Shown: positions 57,018 through 64,000 of the stretch, piece after piece
Position numbering within the stretch: the stretch's first letter is position 1
How the letters are laid out: every line of letters starts with the position of its first letter
Assembly: GCA_003056145.1 (NCBI GenBank)
Contig: LSNL01000003.1
Coordinates: 201,993-265,992 of the forward strand
From: Parcubacteria group bacterium M10-OD1-1
GTDB taxonomy: Bacteria > Patescibacteriota > Minisyncoccia > Moranbacterales > UBA2206
Reading direction: 5' to 3'
DNA: 64,000 nucleotides
Notes under the pieces: generated by a model
The model's input: only the letters and a program-made list of their open reading frames with translations
What the model was told of the DNA's origin: nothing
The model's database searches: none
Position numbers and translations under genes: made by a program

Positions 57018-57353
57018 TTGCAGGAGTTAGGGAAGAAAAAAAATATGATAAATGATATTGGAATTGGAAGTGTTAAAAATGAGTGGATACTAAACACCTT
57101 TTTTCTTACGTTTGCTCTAGCTCTTTCTATTTATATATGGAAAAGAAGAAAAAATCTGCTCATGGGAATTTTAATTTTTTCCTTACTAGGGAATTTGGTA
57201 TTTTATACTGACTCAGGATCTCTTTTTTACAGCATATATCATCTTAAATGGATTGTTAAATTTACTCTATGGTATTGGCCTTGGATAAATCTAGTTTTAT
57301 TAATTTTTATAATTATAAATTTTATCAAAAACAAATATGTTAAAACAAAATAA
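57018..57353 (+). CDS. hypothetical small membrane protein (3 TM)
   Basis: ORF with three hydrophobic helices. Overlaps the next gene start by 17 nt. Weak support. Confidence 0.3.
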   Translation: MQELGKKKNMINDIGIGSVKNEWILNTFFLTFALALSIYIWKRRKNLLMGILIFSLLGNLVFYTDSGSLFYSIYHLKWIVKFTLWYWPWINLVLLIFIIINFIKNKYVKTK

Positions 57354-60189
57354 AATCAAGAAAGTAACTATTATTATATCAATAATAGTTTTTATTTTTT
57401 TTCTCTTTAATTTTAGCAATCTCAGCTTTCTAAAAATAAAAAATATCGCCGATGCTGAAGAATTTAATAATTTTCCATATAGAGATAATTCTGGATCTAT
57501 CAGCATCATAGGAAATGCGATTTGGACAAAAGATACTCCAGATTTAGTTTTTGATGAGCCAGTATATATAGAGAATGGAGCTACTCTTACTATTAAAAAA
57601 GGCACGGTAATTAAATTTAAAAAAGCTATTGAATCTAATGCTCCTCCTGGAATTTTTGTTACTAACGGAAAAATTATAGCCAATGGAACTCAGGGCGAAC
57701 ATATTAAATTTACTTCTGATCAGGATGATAGCGGTTTCGTTTTAAACTTTTATGACCGAGGAGAAAGAACTTCATTTTTACGTTATGTTGAAATTTCTAA
57801 AGGCGGTAATACGGAAAAACCAATTCTTTTAGGACATTTAAAATCATCAGGCTTTTTTATTAACACAGTATATGCTTATGACAGTTCACATCCTGTGCCA
57901 GAAACAGGAGAAACTGTATTAATAGGGGCTGGGAAAGTACATATTGAAAATTCCTTTTTTCATAATAATAAAACTACAGATATTCTTATTCGAGACAGTG
58001 CAAAATATGACAATGATTATAACCAAATAGGCACATATTCTCCTGAGGTTGAGGTGATAAATTCTAATTTTTCCAAAAAGAGTTCAATTTATTCTAATAT
58101 AGCTTGCTCTAAAAATAATAATGGTAATCCTGACAAACAATGCGCTAAAAGAGTTTACTTAAAAGATAATTGGTATGGTGACTCAGCTGGTCCGACAGAA
58201 AAACAGGATAGCCGTTACAAAGGAGCATTCATTGGTGGAATTTATACGCTAGATTCTTTTCGAAAAAATAAGTTAGTAGTTGATCCAGTAATCATTATTC
58301 CAGGAATCATGGGATCAGCTAGAGTTTTCGATAAATGGAAGTTAGACCCAATTTTACATACATATGATAATTTAGTTGAATCATTAAAAGAGAATAGTTA
58401 CGAAGAAAACAAAAATCTTTTTGAATTTCCGTATGAATGGCGGGACAGCAATATAGTAACAGCTGGTTTATTGAAAAATAAGATTCAGGAAGTTAAATCT
58501 AAAACTAAAATTTCTAAAGTTGATTTAGTGGCACATTCTATGGGCGGGTTAGTTGCTCGTTATTACATTGAGAGTTCAAATTATCAAAATGATGTTGAAA
58601 AACTAATAACCTTAGGAACTCCTCAGTATGGAGCACCAGAAAGCTATCTTGAGTGGGAAGCAGGAGAAGGATTTTTTACTAGAGAAGAAAAAATAGGTAA
58701 ATTTATTTTTACTGTTGAAGCACATGAAGCAGGCTACAACAGTCTTAAAAAATATATACAATCGCGTATAAAATCAGTCGGGGAGCTTTTGCCTGACTAT
58801 AATTATCTCAAAGAAGCTTCAACTGGAAAGATGCGATCGTATCCAAATAACTATCCTAAAAATATTTTCTTAGATTTTCTAAATAAGCAAAGTAATCTTA
58901 AAAATTTAAAAAGCGTAAACTTTTTTAATATTATTGGAAAGATTAATTCAGAAAGAACTATTAAATCTTTTGATGTTGTTGATAGCACTAAAGATGGCAA
59001 ATGGGAAAATGGTATGCCCAAAAATTATTATGATGTTACTACAAATCAAGGTATTGAGTATGGCAAAGGTGATGGTACTGTTCCACTGGAAAGTGCTGAG
59101 GGAATTGCGTCTACGGAGAAAGAAATGCTAAGTTCATCTCATATAGATCTTCCTACTGAAGCTCAATGCGATGTTATCATCAAATTAACTGGACGAACGA
59201 ATTGTAATTATATCAATACTGTAAAACGAGTTATACATATTTTAATATTTGGAGTTTTTTCTCCCATTGACATTCAAGTTGTGGCACCGGATGGAAAGAG
59301 GGTGGGCAAGGATTTTGATAATCTCGGAAAGACCCTGAATGAAATTTCCGGAGCATATTACACAGGATATGAAACTGACAATGAATTCTTGACTATTCCT
59401 AACCCTCAAGACGGAGAATATAAGGTTATTACTCAAGGAACAGGGGCAGGGGATTACAAAGTAGCAATAGCTAATATTTCCGAAGATAGAAACAATCCTG
59501 GGCAAGCCACAGAAGTAACTGCGGAAATTACTGGAACAACAGAAGAGGGAAAAATTGAAACAACTCCAGCAGAAATAACTGAAAACAAGATAACCGTAGC
59601 ATCTCAAGACACCATTCCGCCTACCATAAAAATAACTTCTCCAAAAAATAAAACTTATCTAAATAATCAAAGCTTAAAAATAATTTATACTGCTAATGAT
59701 AATTTAACCATTCCTGATAAAATTAAAACAACTTTAATTTATGATAATCAGCTGTTAACTTCAAAAAAAATTGATTTATCCTTAGAACATCTAGGAAGGC
59801 ATCATTTAAAAATTATAGCCCAAGATGAAGCTAAAAATAAAATAGCAAGAAAAGTTAACTTTAAGATAGCAACTAATTTAAAAGCTATTGGTCAGAATAT
59901 TTATCATTATCGAAAACTGAAACTTATTAAAAATCAAATGGCAGCTACTATCTTAGAAGAAAGAATAAGCCATATTCAAAGAATAGAAGAGCTGTCGCGA
60001 CGTTTAGAAAAAAAATGGTTTCCTGCTTGGTGGAAGAAAAGAATTAATCGTCATTTTCAATTACAAAAGGATCAGCAGATTAAATTTTTAATTAAAATGA
60101 TTATTAAAAGTCACTATTTACAAAAAAATATTACTAAATCAGTGAGAATTATTTTAGTAGAAGATTTGAGAGACTTAGAAAAAATATAA
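57337..60189 (+). CDS. large secreted/surface protein: signal-anchor, parallel beta-helix-like region, Bacillus LipA-like alpha/beta-hydrolase (lipase/esterase) domain, beta-rich region, C-terminal coiled coil
   Basis: N-terminal TM 'VTIIISIIVFIFFLF'; beta-helix-like 'NGATLTIKKGTVIKFKK'; oxyanion 'IIPGIMGS', nucleophile elbow 'VAHSMGGLVARYY' (A-x-S-x-G), 'GDGTVP' Asp and 'SSSHIDL' His. Confidence 0.65.
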   Translation: MLKQNKIKKVTIIISIIVFIFFLFNFSNLSFLKIKNIADAEEFNNFPYRDNSGSISIIGNAIWTKDTPDLVFDEPVYIENGATLTIKKGTVIKFKKAIESNAPPGIFVTNGKIIANGTQGEHIKFTSDQDDSGFVLNFYDRGERTSFLRYVEISKGGNTEKPILLGHLKSSGFFINTVYAYDSSHPVPETGETVLIGAGKVHIENSFFHNNKTTDILIRDSAKYDNDYNQIGTYSPEVEVINSNFSKKSSIYSNIACSKNNNGNPDKQCAKRVYLKDNWYGDSAGPTEKQDSRYKGAFIGGIYTLDSFRKNKLVVDPVIIIPGIMGSARVFDKWKLDPILHTYDNLVESLKENSYEENKNLFEFPYEWRDSNIVTAGLLKNKIQEVKSKTKISKVDLVAHSMGGLVARYYIESSNYQNDVEKLITLGTPQYGAPESYLEWEAGEGFFTREEKIGKFIFTVEAHEAGYNSLKKYIQSRIKSVGELLPDYNYLKEASTGKMRSYPNNYPKNIFLDFLNKQSNLKNLKSVNFFNIIGKINSERTIKSFDVVDSTKDGKWENGMPKNYYDVTTNQGIEYGKGDGTVPLESAEGIASTEKEMLSSSHIDLPTEAQCDVIIKLTGRTNCNYINTVKRVIHILIFGVFSPIDIQVVAPDGKRVGKDFDNLGKTLNEISGAYYTGYETDNEFLTIPNPQDGEYKVITQGTGAGDYKVAIANISEDRNNPGQATEVTAEITGTTEEGKIETTPAEITENKITVASQDTIPPTIKITSPKNKTYLNNQSLKIIYTANDNLTIPDKIKTTLIYDNQLLTSKKIDLSLEHLGRHHLKIIAQDEAKNKIARKVNFKIATNLKAIGQNIYHYRKLKLIKNQMAATILEERISHIQRIEELSRRLEKKWFPAWWKKRINRHFQLQKDQQIKFLIKMIIKSHYLQKNITKSVRIILVEDLRDLEKI

Positions 60190-60306
60190 ATTACTTAAAA
60201 ATATTTAATGCATAAAGATTAAGTTGCTGTTTTTCTGAAAATAGCTTATTATTTAAATAGAAAAAATAGAAATTTTCTCAAGTAATAAAATTCTAAAATT
60301 AAATAA

Positions 60307-61251
60307 ATGGAACAAAAACCATACCTGTCTATCGTGGTACCTCTATATAATGAAGAGGATAATGTTAAAGAATTACATTCAAAAATTTTACAAGCCTGTC
60401 GAAAATTAAATAAGGATTTTGAAATTATTTTTATTGATGATGGCTCTAGTGACGAAACGGTTAAAAATTGTCAAAAACTTTCGCCTCTTAAATTAATTAA
60501 ATTTCGTCGTAATTTTGGACAAACTGCTGCTTTTGACGCAGGAATTAAAGAAGCTAAAGGAGAGATTGTTATTACGATGGACGGAGATTTACAAAATGAT
60601 CCAGCTGATATTCAGTTACTTTTAGATGAGATGAAAAAAGGTTATGATGTGGTTTCAGGTTGGCGATGGCAAAGAAAAGATAGTTTTACTAAGAAGTTTT
60701 TTTCTCGTGGAGCTAATTTGTTGCGGAAAATCTTAATTCACGATCATATCCATGATAGCGGATGTAGCTTGAAAGCTTACAAACGAAAGTGTTTTCAAGG
60801 AATTGACCTCTTTGGTGAGATGCATAGATTTATTCCAGCTATTTTAGAATTAGAAGGTTACAAAGTAGGAGAAACTAAAGTTTCCCATTACCCACGAGTT
60901 AGTGGAGTAACGAAATATAGTTGGAATAGAGCCATCAAGGGTTTTGTTGATATGATTGCAGTTTGGTTTTGGAGAAAATATTCCAATCGTCCTATTCATC
61001 TTTTTGGAGGTGCAGGAATAATTTTTTCTTTAACGGGAATTATAATTTTAATTTGGATGGTGACTGAAAAAATATTTTTTGGTGCATCTCTGGCTGAACG
61101 AATATGGCCACTTATCGGAGTCTTTTTAATTCTTGTCGGAATCCAACTTTTTGTGTCTGGTTTATTGGCGGATATTATAGTAAAGAATTACTATAAGAAT
61201 CAACATCGGATGAATTATACTATTAGCGAAATAATTACCAGAGAAGACTAG
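60307..61251 (+). CDS. GT2 polyprenyl-phosphate glycosyltransferase (GtrB/ArnC-like) with C-terminal TMs
   Basis: 'LSIVVPLYNEEDNV...IFIDDGSSDET...TMDGDLQNDPADI' plus two C-terminal TMs. Confidence 0.8.
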   Translation: MEQKPYLSIVVPLYNEEDNVKELHSKILQACRKLNKDFEIIFIDDGSSDETVKNCQKLSPLKLIKFRRNFGQTAAFDAGIKEAKGEIVITMDGDLQNDPADIQLLLDEMKKGYDVVSGWRWQRKDSFTKKFFSRGANLLRKILIHDHIHDSGCSLKAYKRKCFQGIDLFGEMHRFIPAILELEGYKVGETKVSHYPRVSGVTKYSWNRAIKGFVDMIAVWFWRKYSNRPIHLFGGAGIIFSLTGIIILIWMVTEKIFFGASLAERIWPLIGVFLILVGIQLFVSGLLADIIVKNYYKNQHRMNYTISEIITRED

Positions 61252-61555
61252 TTGATAATTAAATTTTTTAAAGGCTGAACTTTTTCACGAATATCTAAAT
61301 CTTATTTTTTCTGGTCTATTTTTACAATAAGTTTTTCCAACCTTTAAAAGATTTTGGCCTAAATTTTTCTTTATTATTCTTAATTTGATTAAGTCTTTAT
61401 TAAAAGAATTTCAAGAGCTTATAAAGGCTATTAGTTGACAAAGATTAAATTTAAATTATACTAAAATACTAGTACTTTAAATTTTTTAGTGTTTTCGGTT
61501 GGACTGATTTTGGTCTATTTGTAAATATTAACAATACAATATAAGGAGATAAAAG

Positions 61556-62893
61556 ATGAGAATTGCAATTATTGGTACTGGATATGTGGGCTCTGTAACA
61601 GGAGTTTGTTTAGCGGAAATGGGAAATATGGTTGTTTGTGTAGATAATAATAAAGAAAAAATTGCCCAATTTCGTAAAGGCGAAGCCCCTTTTTCAGAAA
61701 AGGGATTAGATGAATTGATCAAAAGAAATTTGAAAAATCAAACGCTTCTTTATACGACTGATTTTAAACAGGCGGTGAAAAAAAGTGATATGGTTTTTAT
61801 TGCAGTGGGAACGCCTTCAGGAGAAGATGGAAGTGCAGATCTGAGTTACGTTATTGCAGTGGCTCAGTCTATTGGACAAGTAATTGATCATCAACTAATT
61901 ATTGTTGATAAATCAACGGTGCCAGTGGGAACGGCTGAGTTAGTAAAAAAAACTATTTTTGCAGAGCAGAAGAAACGGGGAGTTAATTTCCCTTTTACGG
62001 TAGTTAGTAATCCTGAATTTTTGGCTCAAGGAACGGCGGTTAAGGATTTTATGGAGCCTAGCCGAGTAGTAGTAGGGGCGGATAATCCTGAAGATATTGA
62101 AATAATGAGGGAACTTTATGCTCCGTTTATGCGGAGAGAAGGGCGTTTTTATTCTATGAATCCTCAAACGGCGGAAATGGTGAAGTATGCAGCTAATAGT
62201 TTCTTAGCGGCTAAAATTTCTATTAATAATGAATTGGCCAACATCTGTGCTTTAATGGGAGCTGATTTTGATCAAGTGCGAAGAGCAATGGGAGCTGATC
62301 CAAGGATTGGTGAGGCGTTTATGTACGCCGGGCCTGGTTTTGGAGGGAGTTGTTTCCCTAAAGATGTCAGAGCTTTGATTAAGATGGCTCAAGAGAGAAA
62401 TTATGAAGCGGAGATGTTTTTGCAGACTTTGAAAACTAATGAAGAGCAGAAGCATCTTTTAGCTAAAATAGTTCAAAGGTACTTTCAGTATTTTAATCAA
62501 AGCTTAAAAGAGAAGGTTTTGGCTGTCTGGGGCTTAGCTTTTAAAGCAGGGACAGATGATATGCGGGAATCATCGGCTTTAACTGTTGTCCAAGATTTAA
62601 TTGAAGCTGGGGCTAAAATTCAAGTCTATGATCCTGAGGCTATGAAAACAGCTCAACTCCCAGAGTATTTTGGTGATAATCCAGCTATTAAATACTGCAA
62701 TAATAAGTACGAGGCTTTGGAAAAAGCGGAGACCTTATTAATTGTTACGGAATGGAAAGAATTCCGGACGCCGGATTTTGAGGAAATGAAGAAAAGATTG
62801 AGGCATCCGGTAGTAGTAGATGGTCGGTTATTGTATAATCCCGATAAAATGAAGAATAGAGGATTTGTCTATTACTCTGTTGGACGTCCTTAA
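61556..62893 (+). CDS. ugd: UDP-glucose 6-dehydrogenase (nucleotide-sugar dehydrogenase family)
   Basis: 'MRIAIIGTGYVGSVTGVCLAEMGNMVVCVD' NAD-binding N-terminus and catalytic 'GGSCFPKDVRAL'. Confidence 0.85.
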   Translation: MRIAIIGTGYVGSVTGVCLAEMGNMVVCVDNNKEKIAQFRKGEAPFSEKGLDELIKRNLKNQTLLYTTDFKQAVKKSDMVFIAVGTPSGEDGSADLSYVIAVAQSIGQVIDHQLIIVDKSTVPVGTAELVKKTIFAEQKKRGVNFPFTVVSNPEFLAQGTAVKDFMEPSRVVVGADNPEDIEIMRELYAPFMRREGRFYSMNPQTAEMVKYAANSFLAAKISINNELANICALMGADFDQVRRAMGADPRIGEAFMYAGPGFGGSCFPKDVRALIKMAQERNYEAEMFLQTLKTNEEQKHLLAKIVQRYFQYFNQSLKEKVLAVWGLAFKAGTDDMRESSALTVVQDLIEAGAKIQVYDPEAMKTAQLPEYFGDNPAIKYCNNKYEALEKAETLLIVTEWKEFRTPDFEEMKKRLRHPVVVDGRLLYNPDKMKNRGFVYYSVGRP

Positions 62894-62922
62894 TTAAAGA
62901 CAAACAGAGCTTAAACTTAGCA

Positions 62923-62957
62923 AGCCACAAGAAAATTCTCTTGTGGCTTTTTTTATT
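62923..62957 (+). terminator. intrinsic terminator after ugd
   Basis: 8-bp stem gccacaag/cttgtggc with 8-nt loop, followed by TTTTTTTATT. Confidence 0.65.
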
Positions 62958-62991
62958 GTTTTTAATTTTTATTTTTGCTACTATAAAATAG

Positions 62992-64000
62992 ATGAGAATT
63001 TTATTTTTTAATTACGAATATCCACCCTTAGGGGGCGGAGCAGCTAACGCTACCGCTTATCTTTTGCGTGAATATGCTAAAATTAAAGATCTTAAAATTG
63101 ATTTAGTAACTTCTTCAACAAATAGCCAGTACCAACAAGAAAAAATAGGTGAAAATATTATTATCCATAAATTACCTATTGGAAAAAATAAAGAAAATCT
63201 TCATTTTCAATCGCAAAAAGAATTATTAGTTTATTCTTACAAGGCTTATTTTTTTTCTAAAAAATTGATTAAAAAAAACCAATATTATTTAACTCATTCT
63301 TTTTTCTCAATTCCTTGTGGACTGCTATCTTTATTGTTTAAGTGGCAATTTGATATTCCTTTTATTATCTCTCTTCGTGGGGCAGACGTACCAGGTTACG
63401 CGGAAAGATTTACTTGGATTTATAAAATTTTAACTCCGCTAATAAAATTTATTTGGAAAAAAGCTGATAAAGTAGTAGCTAACTCTCAAGGATTAAAAGA
63501 TTTAGCTTTAAAAACTAATCCACAACAAAAAATAGAAATTATTTATAACGGTATTGATACGGAGAAGTTTCAACCTTTAGAGCTTTCTAAAATTTCTAAC
63601 GATATTCAAGAAAAATTTATTATTACCTCTGGAGCTTCTAGAATAACTTCCAGAAAAGGTCTTAAATACTTACTCCAATCGGTTCAAATATTGTCTCAAA
63701 AATATCCGCGAGTTTATTTAGAAATTATGGGAGATGGAGATCAAAAAAGCGAATTGGAAAAATTAGCGCAAGATTTAAAAATTAATGAGCGCGTAAAGTT
63801 CTTCGGTCGGATTCCGCGGGAAAAAACTGTTCAATATTATCAGAGAGCCAGTGTATTTGTTTTGCCTTCGTTTAATGAAGGAATGTCTAACGCTATGTTA
63901 GAGGCTTTAGCCACTGGTTTGCCGATTATAGCCACTAAAACTGGAGGAGCAGAGGAGCTCATTATGGAGGGAAAAAATGGATTTATAATTAAAATGAAAA
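62992..64000 (+). CDS. GT4 glycosyltransferase, 3' end beyond window
   Basis: ATG at 62992, open to the window end. 'MRILFFNYEYPPLGGGAANATAYLL' and 'PSFNEGMSNAMLEALATGLPIIATKTGGAEELIMEGKNGFII' GT4 motifs. Absent from the ORF track because no stop codon lies in the window. Confidence 0.8.
   Translation, partial: MRILFFNYEYPPLGGGAANATAYLLREYAKIKDLKIDLVTSSTNSQYQQEKIGENIIIHKLPIGKNKENLHFQSQKELLVYSYKAYFFSKKLIKKNQYYLTHSFFSIPCGLLSLLFKWQFDIPFIISLRGADVPGYAERFTWIYKILTPLIKFIWKKADKVVANSQGLKDLALKTNPQQKIEIIYNGIDTEKFQPLELSKISNDIQEKFIITSGASRITSRKGLKYLLQSVQILSQKYPRVYLEIMGDGDQKSELEKLAQDLKINERVKFFGRIPREKTVQYYQRASVFVLPSFNEGMSNAMLEALATGLPIIATKTGGAEELIMEGKNGFIIKMK

Overview
The window is AT-rich (roughly 30% GC) and gene-dense. 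The first half (1-32 kb) is a syntenic core block on the + strand: the 3' end of ftsA, then infA-rpmJ-rpsM-rpsK-rpsD-rpoA-rplQ, rplM-rpsI, rpmE (minus strand), rpsB-tsf, a PSP1/YaaT-like gene, a tRNA cluster (Thr-Tyr-Thr) followed by rpmG, proS, ispG, prfA, secA, secD-secF, pheS-pheT, valS and an RNase P RNA gene. Several ribosomal proteins carry Lys-rich extensions, ProRS lacks the INS editing domain, and most core genes have no Shine-Dalgarno sequence. These traits suggest a reduced, Patescibacteria/CPR-like genome, but that is inference only. Two small islands interrupt the core. (i) At 12.1-14.7 kb, downstream of tRNA-rpmG where secE-nusG would be expected, sit a GNAT acetyltransferase, two YqfB-like ASCH proteins, a Cys-rich zinc-ribbon peptide and a YdjC-like deacetylase. 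(ii) At 21.8-22.6 kb, between secA and secD, a GC-richer tandem-duplicated Cys-rich small-protein locus is bracketed by 41-nt direct repeats. The second half (32.2-64 kb) is a large surface-glycan island. It starts with a polyprenyl-phosphate sugar phosphotransferase and contains gmd, ugd, Wzx, at least eight GT2/GT4 glycosyltransferases, two methyltransferases, three Dpm1/GtrB-like polyprenyl-P-sugar synthases, about five GT-C-like polytopic membrane proteins, an AbrB-like mini-regulator present in three copies or remnants, and a 950-aa secreted beta-helix/lipase-like protein. No CRISPR array, transposase, integrase or rRNA is visible.
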